DNA of 62,765 bases, taken from positions 1 to 62,765 of the forward strand of contig JBMFGW010000006.1 of NCBI GenBank assembly GCA_049977145.1, read 5' to 3'. This stretch comes from Phycisphaerae bacterium. Its GTDB lineage: Bacteria; Planctomycetota; Phycisphaerae; WQYP01. Shown here piece by piece: positions 50,963 through 61,729 of this stretch. How positions within the stretch are numbered: position 1 is the first letter of the stretch; each line of letters opens with the position of its first letter. Under the pieces are notes generated by a model. The model saw only the letters and a program-made list of their open reading frames with translations, did no database searches and was not told the origin of the DNA. Made by a program: the position numbers and the translations under genes.

Positions 50963-52594
50963 TCACAGGCTCTCAATATACGCTTGCAGTTCTTCCACGG
51001 GCACAGCGGAATTTACTGCAATATATAAAATCATCAGGCTGAATAGGGCCACAACCGCAATGTCATAAGGGAACCGCAGATAACCCAGCCCACCGGCCAT
51101 ACGCGGTGAACCAATGAAATCCAGCAGCCACAAGCCGCCAAAATACGGCAGCACCCACCAGGTATTTTTCCAGGGTAAAGCCCAAAAACCTGGACGATCA
51201 AACGCCAGCCGATAAAGTAAAAACAAAACCAGCATCGTGGCAATTAATCCGAAAAATAAAGTATTTTCAGTCAATCCTCCCCAGTAAATAATGAGATTGG
51301 AAATAATGAACGAAAGCGGTGCGAGGATCCTGGCATAGGGAAGTCGGAATGGGCGGTGGCGGCTTTTCTCCGGAAGTGTTCGCCGCAAACTCAACAGTAC
51401 AACAGGACCAATGCCATAGGAAAGCGTCATCACGCTGCTGATGTAGGCCACCAAGCGGCTCCAGGAAGGCAGTGGAAGTAAAAAAATAGCACCGACGATC
51501 AAACTTACTAAACTCGCCAACCATGGCACACCAGCCCGGTTTAGGCGGCTTAGCGACTTAGGGAGCAGACGACTTTCTCCCATTGCTGAAATGACGCGAG
51601 CTGAAGTTGTGGTATAGATAAAACCAGTTCCGGAAGGCGAAACAATCGCATCGGCATAAAGCAGCCACGCCAGCCAAGTGAGTCCCAGCGTCTCCGCAAT
51701 GGCGGCAAACGGCCCAGTCTTGCTGCCAAAATTCGGTATTTTCGCCAGGCCGGCCCAGCCGTATTGCTGCAACGCGTGGGGATTAATCGCCAAAAGAAAC
51801 GTCAGTTGCAGAAAAATATAAAGCACCAGCCCGATGACAACGGATCCGACCACCGCAATGGGAATATTACGGCTGGGGTTGGAGCTTTCGCCCGCTAATT
51901 CCACCGCCTGCCGAAAGCCCAAAAAACTGAAAATAACACCGGCTGTGGCCAACGAAGTGAAGATGCCCCGCACGTCACGCGGCCAATCAGCCCCCGTGAT
52001 TTTGAGATTTTGGATATGATGCGATTGCGTCAGCAGTACCAGAACCGTTACAGCGGGAATGGCCAGTTTCCACCAGCCGGCGGCATTACTCACCCGCATG
52101 GCCCAACGGATTCCAAACAAATTGATAATGGTAAACACCACCAGAAGCGCAACGCATAGGATAAAACCGAAGCCGGTCACAATACCACTGACCGGATGAA
52201 TCAGCGGAGGGAGAATTGTGTGAATCCGCGGAATGCTGTTCGTGTACGACATAACCGCCACGACTTCCACGGGTGCAATGGCCACGTAACCTAAAAACAG
52301 CACCCAACTCCAGATTCTGGCCAGAAATGAACCATGGCTGTAATGCGGAAAATGCACTACCGCCCCACCCCGTGGAAACATGGTCGCCAATTCCGCGTAT
52401 ACTATCGCCAGCAACAGAATCGCCAGACCCCCGAACATCCAGGAAAAAATGCTCAGTGGACCCGCCATAATTGCGGCTTGTCGTGGCCCCAAAAGCCAAC
52501 CAGACCCGATAATTCCGCCAAGACTGGCATACAATAGACCAATGACGCCCGCCTCACGTCGCAATGAGATTTTTTTGTTCACTGAATCCGTCAT
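50963..52594 (-). CDS. APC family amino-acid permease
   Basis: GGIIGSGWL, YAELATMFP, FSFLGFR, AGESSNP; many TM segments. Confidence 0.93.
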   Translation of the reverse strand: MTDSVNKKISLRREAGVIGLLYASLGGIIGSGWLLGPRQAAIMAGPLSIFSWMFGGLAILLLAIVYAELATMFPRGGAVVHFPHYSHGSFLARIWSWVLFLGYVAIAPVEVVAVMSYTNSIPRIHTILPPLIHPVSGIVTGFGFILCVALLVVFTIINLFGIRWAMRVSNAAGWWKLAIPAVTVLVLLTQSHHIQNLKITGADWPRDVRGIFTSLATAGVIFSFLGFRQAVELAGESSNPSRNIPIAVVGSVVIGLVLYIFLQLTFLLAINPHALQQYGWAGLAKIPNFGSKTGPFAAIAETLGLTWLAWLLYADAIVSPSGTGFIYTTTSARVISAMGESRLLPKSLSRLNRAGVPWLASLVSLIVGAIFLLPLPSWSRLVAYISSVMTLSYGIGPVVLLSLRRTLPEKSRHRPFRLPYARILAPLSFIISNLIIYWGGLTENTLFFGLIATMLVLFLLYRLAFDRPGFWALPWKNTWWVLPYFGGLWLLDFIGSPRMAGGLGYLRFPYDIAVVALFSLMILYIAVNSAVPVEELQAYIESL

Positions 52595-52792
52595 GCCCTG
52601 TCATCAAATCAAATTCGACAATCGCAATGGACTGCCACACCGCTATTTATCGCGTGCACCACGCCCCGGAAACCCATGTTCACGCACGCGGATGCCGGTA
52701 GTCTACCAAGCCTTTCGCCGAACGTCAGGATTAGCCATAACATACCGCTTGACCGGGCGTAAGAACACGGCGGAGTTAAAGCACATTTTAAT

Positions 52793-54403
52793 TCAAGCCA
52801 CCACCGGTGTCAGGCGCGGACGCCATGATGATCCGTTCGGCGTATCCTTCACTTCCACGCCTAATTCCGCCAGTTGCTTGCGAATGGCATCGCCGGCGGT
52901 GAAATCTTTTCGCCGCCGGGCATCATCGCGCTTTAGCATAAGCTCCAGTACTTGCTGGTGCTTCGCCGGCAGCAACGGTTGCAGATTAGTAAAAATAACG
53001 CCTAAAACATGATCCACTTGCCTGAGGCTATACAGCGCTGAGCGGGCCTGCGCATAAGCCGGTTTCTTCTGCTTATGCAGCGGATTGGCCCAGGTAAACA
53101 GAGCCGCCAGGGCACCGGAAACATTTAAATCATCATCCATCGCGGAATTAAATTCCGCCAGCATCCTGGCATCCGCGTCCTGCAATATCGGCGTATGCGC
53201 TGCATCACTTGACTTGGCAAAATCTCCATCGCTGGCCGCTTCATCGACTGCGGTCACTACGCCGAGCAATGTTTCCGCCAGATCGCGTAACGTGGTAATG
53301 GCCCCCGCAGCCTCAAACAGGCTCTGGAGCGTGAAATTAAGCGGTTCCCGGTAGCGTGTGGAAATCAGGCCCCAACGAATCACCACCGGATCAAATCCCT
53401 TTGCCGTCAGATCACGAATGGTAAAAAAATTACCCTTCGATTTGGACATTTTTTCGCCGTTGACCATAAGATGCCGCGTGTGCATCCAGTATTTGACAAA
53501 CTGTTTTCCGGTGGCCCCTTCGGATTGGGCGATCTCGCATTCATGATGCGGATGAATGTTATCCTCCCCTCCCGTGTGCAGATCAAAAGATTGTCCCAAT
53601 GTCCGCATCGACATGACACTGCATTCAATATGCCATCCCGGATAACCCTCTCCCCATGGACTCGGCCAGCGCATGAGGTGGTGGGCATCTGGTTTCCAGA
53701 GGAAAAAATCGGCGGGATGACGCTTGGCCGCCTGTTGATTGGTCCTCCCCCCGGCACCGTGTGACAACTGCTCCAGAGAATTGCCGGAAAGTTTGCCATA
53801 CGCCGGAAAGCTGTGAATATCATAATAAACCACGCCATCAGTACCGACGTAGGCATGGCCGCGGGCGATAAGCGTTTGGATCAGTGCGATAAATTCGGGA
53901 ATGTGCCGGGTGGGTCGGGGAATCAGCCTTTCCCTGGCCGCAGGCGTTACCGCCGCATCATAGTCCGCCACAACACCCACCCCCAAAAGCCGGGCATCCT
54001 GTAAAAAAGCCTCCGCAAAAAAATCCGCCACCGCAAATGGATCGTTCGGATTTTCCACCAGTGGCTTGCCTTCCTTCTTGGTTGCCTTCATTTTTTCCAC
54101 CGCGACTTCCAGCTTATCGCGCCCCGCGCCATCCGCGAATTGATCGTCGGTCATGTGGCCTACATCCGTCATATTCATCACATGCGTGACGCGCGCGCGG
54201 CGCAGTTCCAGATACCGTCGTAACACGTCCGCAAATAAAAATGCCCGAAAATTACCAATATGCGCGTAGTCATACACCGTCGGGCCACAGCTATATATTC
54301 CGATTTCCGCCCCCCGCAGTGGATCCGCGGGGTCCGGTCCGGGATGCAACGGTACGAAATCCTCCAGACGATGATGCAGGGTGTTGTAAAAGCGGGTAGC
54401 CAT
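52793..54403 (-). CDS. cysS: Cysteine--tRNA ligase
   Basis: CGPTVY, HIGN, PGWHIECS, PHHECE, KMSKS. Confidence 0.97.
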   Translation of the reverse strand: MATRFYNTLHHRLEDFVPLHPGPDPADPLRGAEIGIYSCGPTVYDYAHIGNFRAFLFADVLRRYLELRRARVTHVMNMTDVGHMTDDQFADGAGRDKLEVAVEKMKATKKEGKPLVENPNDPFAVADFFAEAFLQDARLLGVGVVADYDAAVTPAARERLIPRPTRHIPEFIALIQTLIARGHAYVGTDGVVYYDIHSFPAYGKLSGNSLEQLSHGAGGRTNQQAAKRHPADFFLWKPDAHHLMRWPSPWGEGYPGWHIECSVMSMRTLGQSFDLHTGGEDNIHPHHECEIAQSEGATGKQFVKYWMHTRHLMVNGEKMSKSKGNFFTIRDLTAKGFDPVVIRWGLISTRYREPLNFTLQSLFEAAGAITTLRDLAETLLGVVTAVDEAASDGDFAKSSDAAHTPILQDADARMLAEFNSAMDDDLNVSGALAALFTWANPLHKQKKPAYAQARSALYSLRQVDHVLGVIFTNLQPLLPAKHQQVLELMLKRDDARRRKDFTAGDAIRKQLAELGVEVKDTPNGSSWRPRLTPVVA

Positions 54404-54590
54404 GGGATCGTAACTTTCCTTTCACCGGTGATGGTTCCAACCTCTGGAACATTCTATGCGGTTTGCGGTTTTTGGAAAGCCCAAAGAGCCGGTGCCGCAC
54501 CAATCGGGTACGGCTAAATTGCTTTTTTTGGCAACCCACTATCCGCGTCAACAATCCACAACTCAGCAATAGCTTACTGCTACGCCGGCT

Positions 54591-56738
54591 TCACTTCTTA
54601 TTTCGCAGTGACTGTTGCACCGCCGCCGCTTGTCGTGGGTGCCCCGCCGCCCGCAGTGCCTGGGACAAAAACTCATATACCGATGGATGATCGGGACGCT
54701 GCGCGATGACGGTTCTAAACTGCCTCACGGCGGCATGGGGATGACCATGCTTCAACAGATCTAAACCATAGAAAAAATGGGCTTGGGCCAAACCCGGATT
54801 GATCGCCAGAGCCGCACGGAATTGTTCCATGGCCTGCCGCCAACGCCCCTGTTGGTCCAGCAACACCGCCAGGTTATAATACGCATCGGCATTGCGGTGA
54901 TTACACGCAATGGCATCACGATAAGCCTTGTCGGCCAGTTTCATATTGCGTAGATGGCTCTGCGCCAGTCCAAATGCTAAATAGAGCCGGCTGGATTTCG
55001 GCATCAGGGCTATGCCCCGATTAAGATCCTTCACCGCCATGTCCCAATTTCCCTGCTGCTGGTAACAATACGCTAATTTAACAATCGCCTTGGCCTGATA
55101 TTGATCCAGCATCAGAGTTTTTCGGAAATAATGCATGGCCAGCGGATAATTATGTTGCTTTAGATATAACGTTCCCAGCAGATAGTTCGCCATTGGATCG
55201 GTTCCCTTGGTGAGCTTCAGGGCATCGTGACAATACGCAAATTCCTGATGAACATGATGATGACTACACGCATGCAACGCCAGTGTTTCATACGCTTTAT
55301 AACATTGCTTATCATAACGCAGCTCATGGACCCAGATTGCAATGGGCGGAACGTAATACATACATTGTGCGTAACTAACCACGCCCAGCAGCGCCAGCAC
55401 ACCGACGACCACCGCGATGGATAACTTGGCATTGGCTGAGGATTCGAGTCCAGCTTCGGCTACAGCCGTATGCCTGGATTGCGCCTGGTCCGTCGCCATT
55501 ACCCTTGATTGCAGCTTGGCTACAATCACTGCGCCGATTTCCACCAGCAGCACAATGAGGCTCATACAACCCAGATAGAAATAATGGTCCGCAACAAACG
55601 TAATAGTCATGCCGGCAAATGCCACAAATCCCAACGCGGGTGACACCATGATGGCGTAAATCGCCAAAGCCGCGAAGACTCCGCGTCCGATCCGGTTGCG
55701 GAACGCCCAGCATAGTCCCGCCAATAGTGCCGCCGAGATTGGAAATAATAGATCAACCGGACCGAAAGCATGAACGTGCCAACGTGGGTAGACCATTAAA
55801 ATGGGATGCGGCCAAAGCAGTTTTTCCACATAAAACCATAGATCTTTCCCGGCAATAACCAGGTGCTGAAAAATGGTAAAATGATAAGCCTTCCCCTGCG
55901 CCATGGCACCATAGCGCTCGCGCCATGCCGCCATCCAGGCGGCACCGGCGGTAATGATAAACCACGGAATACTGGCGAAAATATGCTGACGGGTAAGGCG
56001 GCCAAGTTTCCACCACGTCAACACCAGAATCGCCGCCGGCAATGCGCAAACAAACGTTTTAGCGCATACCGCCAAGAAATAAAATGCCGTGGCCAAGGCA
56101 TAAAATTTCCATTTATATGCAGATTGCTGCGATTCCATTTGATTTGCGGGACGATCCAGATTCGCAAAGCGTATCCACGCCCACACCCCGGCCAACACCA
56201 GCATGCCGGATATAAGATTTTTCTGCTCGACCACCCAGGCCACGGATTCCACCACCACCGGATTAATCGCAAAAATGGCTGCCGCCACCCAAGCGCCACG
56301 CAGGCGTAAACGCACCAAAATCCGCCATAAAATCAGGGCGTTGCCGACCTGTAATAACACGCTGACGATGTGAAAATCCAGCGCATTAGGCCCCCACAAC
56401 CGCCATTGCAAAAAAAACGCGGTTACCGTGAGGGGATAATATTGCATAAAAGCCATGGGATTAAACCATATAATAGCGAGATCCCGCCAGTGATGCAGAG
56501 CGGGATTATTGAGAATCCAATAACCGTCATCCCATATAAACCCGGCGGCGTGTAATGGATAGTAAATCAGCAGGCATAAGCCCAGCAGCGCCAAAGCCGG
56601 AATGACTATTTTCGCGCGGAATATCTTGGACCAGCCTTGGTCAACCGCCGATCGATCCGAACCAATGTTATCCACAGGCCCGTCCCCGCCGGCACCTGTC
56701 GGTTCCGCAGAATTTGATGGTTGCATATACTCTGCCAT
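54591..56738 (-). CDS. TPR-containing membrane protein (TMTC / GT-C-like)
   Basis: FIWDD, YYPLT, ESVAWVVEQKN, ADHYFY, C-terminal TPR repeats. Confidence 0.85.
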   Translation of the reverse strand: MAEYMQPSNSAEPTGAGGDGPVDNIGSDRSAVDQGWSKIFRAKIVIPALALLGLCLLIYYPLHAAGFIWDDGYWILNNPALHHWRDLAIIWFNPMAFMQYYPLTVTAFFLQWRLWGPNALDFHIVSVLLQVGNALILWRILVRLRLRGAWVAAAIFAINPVVVESVAWVVEQKNLISGMLVLAGVWAWIRFANLDRPANQMESQQSAYKWKFYALATAFYFLAVCAKTFVCALPAAILVLTWWKLGRLTRQHIFASIPWFIITAGAAWMAAWRERYGAMAQGKAYHFTIFQHLVIAGKDLWFYVEKLLWPHPILMVYPRWHVHAFGPVDLLFPISAALLAGLCWAFRNRIGRGVFAALAIYAIMVSPALGFVAFAGMTITFVADHYFYLGCMSLIVLLVEIGAVIVAKLQSRVMATDQAQSRHTAVAEAGLESSANAKLSIAVVVGVLALLGVVSYAQCMYYVPPIAIWVHELRYDKQCYKAYETLALHACSHHHVHQEFAYCHDALKLTKGTDPMANYLLGTLYLKQHNYPLAMHYFRKTLMLDQYQAKAIVKLAYCYQQQGNWDMAVKDLNRGIALMPKSSRLYLAFGLAQSHLRNMKLADKAYRDAIACNHRNADAYYNLAVLLDQQGRWRQAMEQFRAALAINPGLAQAHFFYGLDLLKHGHPHAAVRQFRTVIAQRPDHPSVYEFLSQALRAAGHPRQAAAVQQSLRNKK

Positions 56739-56859
56739 ACGTCATAATCTAACGTGAATTACATAAATTTGCACCCGACACAATAGGGCCGCATCCAATG
56801 CAGCAGAATCCAGCCCTGACGAATCACTTTTTCTTCGCACCTTAACCCCGTTCCAATAG

Positions 56860-57397
56860 CCCGGTGTTTCTGATCCGAACAGCTAAGCCCGGGGCCAGGA
56901 GTGTTTTTTTGCAATTTTGTTATCGCACCACTTGCTTTTTACCGATACTATGATAAGTATATACACTTAGTATAAAGGAGGCCGCCATGCGCATTCCCAA
57001 ACATCCCACGTTGATCCGCCGCCTACGCGATGCCCGCGTGAAACAGTTGGCACCGCGCTGCCCGCCTCTGGCCGCGTCGCTGGGGCATAATGCCGCCGGC
57101 GGCATGCATCTTACGCTCAAAGTGAAAGGCAGGACACGGACTGTCTATGTTCCCAAGGACCTTACGGAGGAGGTTGTCGCATCAATACGCGAACACAAAA
57201 GACTACGACATCTGGCGGGCGAAATCACAGCGCTGCAGTTGGCCCTGATCCGCACGCACGCAACGGCCCGGAAGCGGCGTGCCGGGAGGGCTTAGCTCTG
57301 GGTGCCACAGTGGCCAGAACCATCACCCACTTCTGGCTGGAGATGGGATCTTGGCTGGGCCAGATCGCGGACACCCGCGATCAGGAAAACGCGCATA
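56860..57397 (+). mobile_element. Truncated IS remnant (DUF6788-type accessory gene plus transposase 5' stub)
   Basis: Small basic ORF followed by ARTITHFW...WLGQIADTRDQE, resembling a DDE transposase N-terminus, which breaks off near 57397. Left boundary approximate. Confidence 0.55.
56987..57295 (+). CDS. DUF6788-like IS-associated small basic protein
   Basis: LTLKVKGRTRTVYVP motif; AAGGAGG upstream. Confidence 0.75.
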   Translation: MRIPKHPTLIRRLRDARVKQLAPRCPPLAASLGHNAAGGMHLTLKVKGRTRTVYVPKDLTEEVVASIREHKRLRHLAGEITALQLALIRTHATARKRRAGRA

Positions 57398-57490
57398 GAT
57401 CGCCTTTGAAATTTCACGTTCCGTTACCGGGACGGTTTGTTCCTCCAGTGCCTTCATGGTTGCTTCGAGTTCGGTTGGAAGTACGGCCAT
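57397..57490 (-). pseudogene. 5' stub of the gene following the helicase, truncated at the IS remnant
   Basis: AAGGAG, then ATG 2 bp after the helicase stop; MAVLPTELEATMKALEEQTVPVTEREISKAIY, then antisense IS sequence. Confidence 0.55.
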
Positions 57491-57492
57491 AT

Positions 57493-60384
57493 TCAAACTC
57501 CTTGACGGCCCGCGCCGGCAAGCTCCACCCAAGCCAGTAGCTTCAACGCTAGCGAGCTGTTTTCGGGGAGGGTGCCGCGGTGTTGGAGTTCGCGGCGGAG
57601 CATGGGGGGGAGCATTTCGGTGGCGATTTTGGTGCGCATGATGGGGTCGGGCCGGGGCGTTTCCGCATTGGCGGGTGCGGGCGGTTCGAGCGTGTCGAGG
57701 TGGTTTAGTAATGCTTCGGCGTCGGGCACGCGGGTTCCATGGGGATTGACGGCCAGCGGGATTACGCACTGGCGGTAGTGGCCATTGGTGCCGTGAATTT
57801 CGGCCAGCCAGACGGTTAGAATACAGGATTCGCCGGTGTAGCCGGGCAGGCGGCCTGTGAGGGCGCGCTGGTCAACGGGCAGGGATTGCCAGCGGGTTAA
57901 ATATTCGTTGACAATGGGGTGCTCCAAGCCCAGCAGGGTCAGGGTATCGTGCTGTTTGGCTTGTTCACGGCTGGTGGTAAATTGATGCGTTGAACCATCG
58001 GGATTGGAAATCTCATAAGTGTTGTCGTGGATTATTCTTATTTGGCCGCCGAGGGCTTCAACGCTGCGGCGAGCAAACGCCAGCAGGCGTTTGATACCGG
58101 CTCCGCCATCATCGAACTGGCGGTAATCATCAAGTTTGAAACCTTCTAAATCCTGAAACAGTTCAAATACCACGCTGCGGGCCAGACGGGCATTTTCCAA
58201 TGCCACTTCCAATTCCTGTCGGGTGCGTTTGAGGGTGGGATCGCGCACGGCATCCTGATAAAGCTGGTCATAGGAGATGCGGGCGGCAAGCTGGCCTAAT
58301 ACCTGGCCACGTAAATCTTCCGTGACCTGGCCATATTCATCCACCTTGCCCAATGCGGTGGCAATGGCCAAAAGTTTTTGCTCCAGGAGTAAAAATATCT
58401 GGCCTTCGATGGTGTCGGATGAAACCAGGTTGTAAACCTGCGCGGTGTCCTTTTGGCCATAGCGGTGGATGCGGCCAATGCGTTGTTCCATGTCCATGGG
58501 ATTCCATGGCAGGTCATGGTTAAACAGCACGCGGGCGAATTGCAGGTTAATGCCTTCCCGCCCGGCGGCGGTGCAGATCAGCACGCGCGGGCCATCGGGC
58601 TTGCGGAAGCGTTTTTCGGCGGCGATTTTTGCGCCATGATCCCCGCCTTTGAGAACTTCCACGCCCTGGCCGGGAAAGCGGGTTTCAATGGCGGCGCGAA
58701 GGGCATCCACGCTGCCAAGGTAGGTGGTAAACACGACAATTTTTTCCTGGCGGTTGGAACGCCACAAATGTTCCAATCCGCGCAACAATTCCTCGGTTTT
58801 GCTTTCGATTCCGGATGGCATTTGGGCCAGCAGTTCGCGGATGCGCTTGCGTTCTTCCGGGATGGCGACGGCCACGAGGGCGGCGGCGGTTTGTTCATCG
58901 CCGATGGCGGATATTTCGGAATCGGATTGCTGGGCCTGGGCTTTGGCGTCAAGTTTTTTCAGCAGCAGCAGTTTGTGATCGGCTAGGAGCTTATCGGCTT
59001 GGGTGCGGCCCATGCGGTCATCACTTAGGCCGAACATGCTGCGGATAAGATCGCGGGCCTCGGCATAGGCCCGGTCGCGGCCATCGGTATCCAGATTTTC
59101 ATCGCAGACAACGGCGTCATGGATGGTCAGCATCAGCAGGCGGCGGCGGAGGGTGGAGCCGACGGCAGCAAAGCTGGAGGCGGCGATTTTCTGGAAGATG
59201 GTCATAACGAATCCGAGCGACTTGCCTTTGCCGCCGATTTTTGCGGCCAGGTTATAGCCTTCCTGCAGATAGGCTAAGAGCGCTTTGTAGAAAACATCTT
59301 CAGCGGTGGTTAAGTGGAAGGAACTGGTATGCACCTGCCGGCGTGAAAACAGCGGCTCGCCGTTGGCAGAGCAGGCATCAGCTTGCGTGCGGCGAAAGAC
59401 AATGGTGTTGAGGCGGTGGCGATTTTCCACCATGTCTGTGGGGTCGCGGAACAGGCTGGCGTCAAGTAGTTGTGTGAGCATCCAGAAGCGGAAATGATCC
59501 CCTTGATGCGGTGTGGCGGACAGCAGCAGTAGATCGCGACTGTGTTCACGCAGAGATTCCGCAAGTTTGAAGTTCAGCGTTTTGCTGGTTTTGTTGCCGC
59601 TGCGGGACGCGGTGAGATGATGGGCTTCATCAAACACTATCAAGTCCCAGCGGGCGGCCTGCAGAAGCCGCTTTACACGGGGGAGGCGTTTGAGCGTGTC
59701 GATACTGACGATCAGGCGGTTGTGTTTGGCGAAGGCGTTGCTTTTGCGGTCGGTGACATCACCATCCCAGCCGAAAACTTCAAAATCGAGGCTGAAAGTT
59801 TCATTGAGTTCGCGCCGCCAGTTTTCCACCAGCCCGGCGGGCACCACCATTAACGCGCGGGATAATTCTCCACGGGAGGCCAATTCACGCAGGATCAGGG
59901 CGGTTTCAATGGTTTTGCCGAGGCCCACCGAATCCGCCACCAGAAAGCGGCGCGGGGAGGCGTTGGCGATTTTATAAGTAAGAACGATCTGATGCGGCAG
60001 CAGATCCACCTTGGCGGAGGTAAGCGTGGCGGCAGCGTCCATCAGCGGCAGGCGGTGGGCTTCAATGGCGAGCCAGAGTCGGCGCAGCGATTCCGGCGTT
60101 GCGGGCTGCACCGAATTGGCGACCTGTTGTTCCCAGGTTGTGGTGCGCAGCAGGGAAAGCGCCGGCACTTGTCGTTCACCGTGGTTGCGGAAAAACACGC
60201 GGGCGTAGCTGCCACCCTCCAACGCCAGCACCACGCCGTCGCCAAGCTCGGCGTGGGATACGGCGGTGCCGACAGGCAACGGCAAGTTGGGCGTACCGGC
60301 AGATATCGGTGGTGACTGGTGCGGCACGTTATTGCCAGGCGCAGGAGGCACCGTCATTGACGATTCCGTTGGCATGGCGTTCAC
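57493..60384 (-). CDS. SNF2-family helicase (BrxHII/RapA-like) of a putative defence operon
   Basis: ADSVGLGKT, DEAH, SATPHQG, REGINLQ, EQRIGRIHRYGQ; GTG at 60384 overlaps the upstream stop (GTGA). Confidence 0.92.
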   Translation of the reverse strand: MNAMPTESSMTVPPAPGNNVPHQSPPISAGTPNLPLPVGTAVSHAELGDGVVLALEGGSYARVFFRNHGERQVPALSLLRTTTWEQQVANSVQPATPESLRRLWLAIEAHRLPLMDAAATLTSAKVDLLPHQIVLTYKIANASPRRFLVADSVGLGKTIETALILRELASRGELSRALMVVPAGLVENWRRELNETFSLDFEVFGWDGDVTDRKSNAFAKHNRLIVSIDTLKRLPRVKRLLQAARWDLIVFDEAHHLTASRSGNKTSKTLNFKLAESLREHSRDLLLLSATPHQGDHFRFWMLTQLLDASLFRDPTDMVENRHRLNTIVFRRTQADACSANGEPLFSRRQVHTSSFHLTTAEDVFYKALLAYLQEGYNLAAKIGGKGKSLGFVMTIFQKIAASSFAAVGSTLRRRLLMLTIHDAVVCDENLDTDGRDRAYAEARDLIRSMFGLSDDRMGRTQADKLLADHKLLLLKKLDAKAQAQQSDSEISAIGDEQTAAALVAVAIPEERKRIRELLAQMPSGIESKTEELLRGLEHLWRSNRQEKIVVFTTYLGSVDALRAAIETRFPGQGVEVLKGGDHGAKIAAEKRFRKPDGPRVLICTAAGREGINLQFARVLFNHDLPWNPMDMEQRIGRIHRYGQKDTAQVYNLVSSDTIEGQIFLLLEQKLLAIATALGKVDEYGQVTEDLRGQVLGQLAARISYDQLYQDAVRDPTLKRTRQELEVALENARLARSVVFELFQDLEGFKLDDYRQFDDGGAGIKRLLAFARRSVEALGGQIRIIHDNTYEISNPDGSTHQFTTSREQAKQHDTLTLLGLEHPIVNEYLTRWQSLPVDQRALTGRLPGYTGESCILTVWLAEIHGTNGHYRQCVIPLAVNPHGTRVPDAEALLNHLDTLEPPAPANAETPRPDPIMRTKIATEMLPPMLRRELQHRGTLPENSSLALKLLAWVELAGAGRQGV

Positions 60385-60899
60385 GAAACCCTCTCCACAA
60401 AATAGCCGCCGATTTCTTTGGTTCTGTCTTTTTCCACCACCAATTGATATGCCCCGGCACCGGACGCGGCCCCGTTCCATATTGCCAGGGAGAGCTTCAC
60501 TTTTTTGGCACGGTCACGGCCCCGGCCAAAATAGACAATTTCATCGGCCTCATTAAATTCAAACATCGCCCCCGGCCCATCCATGACAAATATCAGGCCG
60601 ACATCGGGCCAATGCTGTTTCCATGCCCGCACGCTGGCCAAGGCGTTGGAGCGCAGCCAATGTGCGATCTGATCGGGTGTGGAATCGGTGAGCATGGTTT
60701 CGACCACGGTTTGCAGGCCGCCGATTAAAACGGTGCGGTGACCGCCGGGCGTGGATTCCGGGAAGCCGGAGTTAAGCCAATGTAGCAGGACGCGCAAGGG
60801 CGTAGGTTCAATATTGGGGATCAGATCAGCCAGCAATTCCGGGTGCCAGACAATACTGCTGCCCTTTCGCTTCCATGCGGTAGATGACATTTCCTGCAT
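60381..60899 (-). CDS. Hypothetical protein in methylase-helicase operon
   Basis: 172 aa, GGAG upstream, stop overlaps the helicase start. Confidence 0.8.
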   Translation of the reverse strand: MQEMSSTAWKRKGSSIVWHPELLADLIPNIEPTPLRVLLHWLNSGFPESTPGGHRTVLIGGLQTVVETMLTDSTPDQIAHWLRSNALASVRAWKQHWPDVGLIFVMDGPGAMFEFNEADEIVYFGRGRDRAKKVKLSLAIWNGAASGAGAYQLVVEKDRTKEIGGYFVERVS

Positions 60900-61034
60900 A
60901 CGTGGACTCCGAGGGTTTTCTCCGTAGCGGTAATATAACGCGCAGCGGGGTTTTGGGCAGCGATTTGATGGGAAAGCGGTGGGAAGTTAGAAATGTTTGT
61001 TATCCATCCCGGCGCGCACGGAATAAACTCCGAT

Positions 61035-61688
61035 CACCGAGGCCACAGAGTTTCCAATAATTCCCAGCGTGGCATCCCGGCAACGAAATGTCGTCACGGC
61101 GCGGAGTCGTGGAGATGGGGCCGGGACAACGGGATGGGACCACGGATTGCACGGATAACACGGATTTTTGGGGGATTTTGGCACAAATTGACGGGCGAGG
61201 GGATGGGGGACGGAAATTTACCACCCCGGCGCACCGGGGTAAACTACGGGGGCGCATGTCGGCGGAGGTGGAGGAGGATTTTTCACCACAACGACACAAC
61301 GACACAACGGGCGGGCGACGGGTTTGAGGGAACAACGATTGTAACGATTGTATGGTATTGAACACGGATTTTGCGGGTGGTACTGGTACGACGGGGTTGG
61401 GCGCGACCCGCGGTCGCGGCTTTATGGGGCGGTGCCGCGATGGCGCTCGCTTCTGCGGTGCTTGATCCAAGCGTATTCAACCGGTAGCCGAACGCGATTG
61501 CGTGCTGGCAATATTAGGTAGGGGTTTGGAACGTTAGGCTGCGCTGGCGGTTGCGGGATTTGGTTGGTGATTAATTGGGGTTGGGTGGTGGGGAAACCGG
61601 TGGATTAAATCCACCGGCTAACATATTTGTTGATTGGATGGGGGGTGTGTCGCAGGGGTTGGGCGCGACCCGCGGTCGCGGCTTTATG
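61035..61688. repeat. Mosaic of several REP-like / short-repeat families
   Basis: Exact 34-bp direct repeat at 61393-61426 and 61655-61688 with a CGCGACC/GGTCGCG stem; CCGGTGGATT-A-AATCCACCGG at 61597-61617; 3x CACGGAT at 61141-61165; 3x CACAACG at 61287-61309; 2x AACGATTGT. Confidence 0.8.
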
Positions 61689-61729
61689 CGCGGCGTGTGG
61701 CGGAAATGGGTGGGGATGACGGGGCGCGG

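Noticed and set aside
60987-61480. Pro/Arg-rich ORFs in the operon gap
   Set aside because: They are translations of the repeat mosaic with no domain signal.
61393-61688. 34-bp repeat pair as a mini-CRISPR
   Set aside because: Only two copies, 228 bp apart, which is far longer than a spacer.
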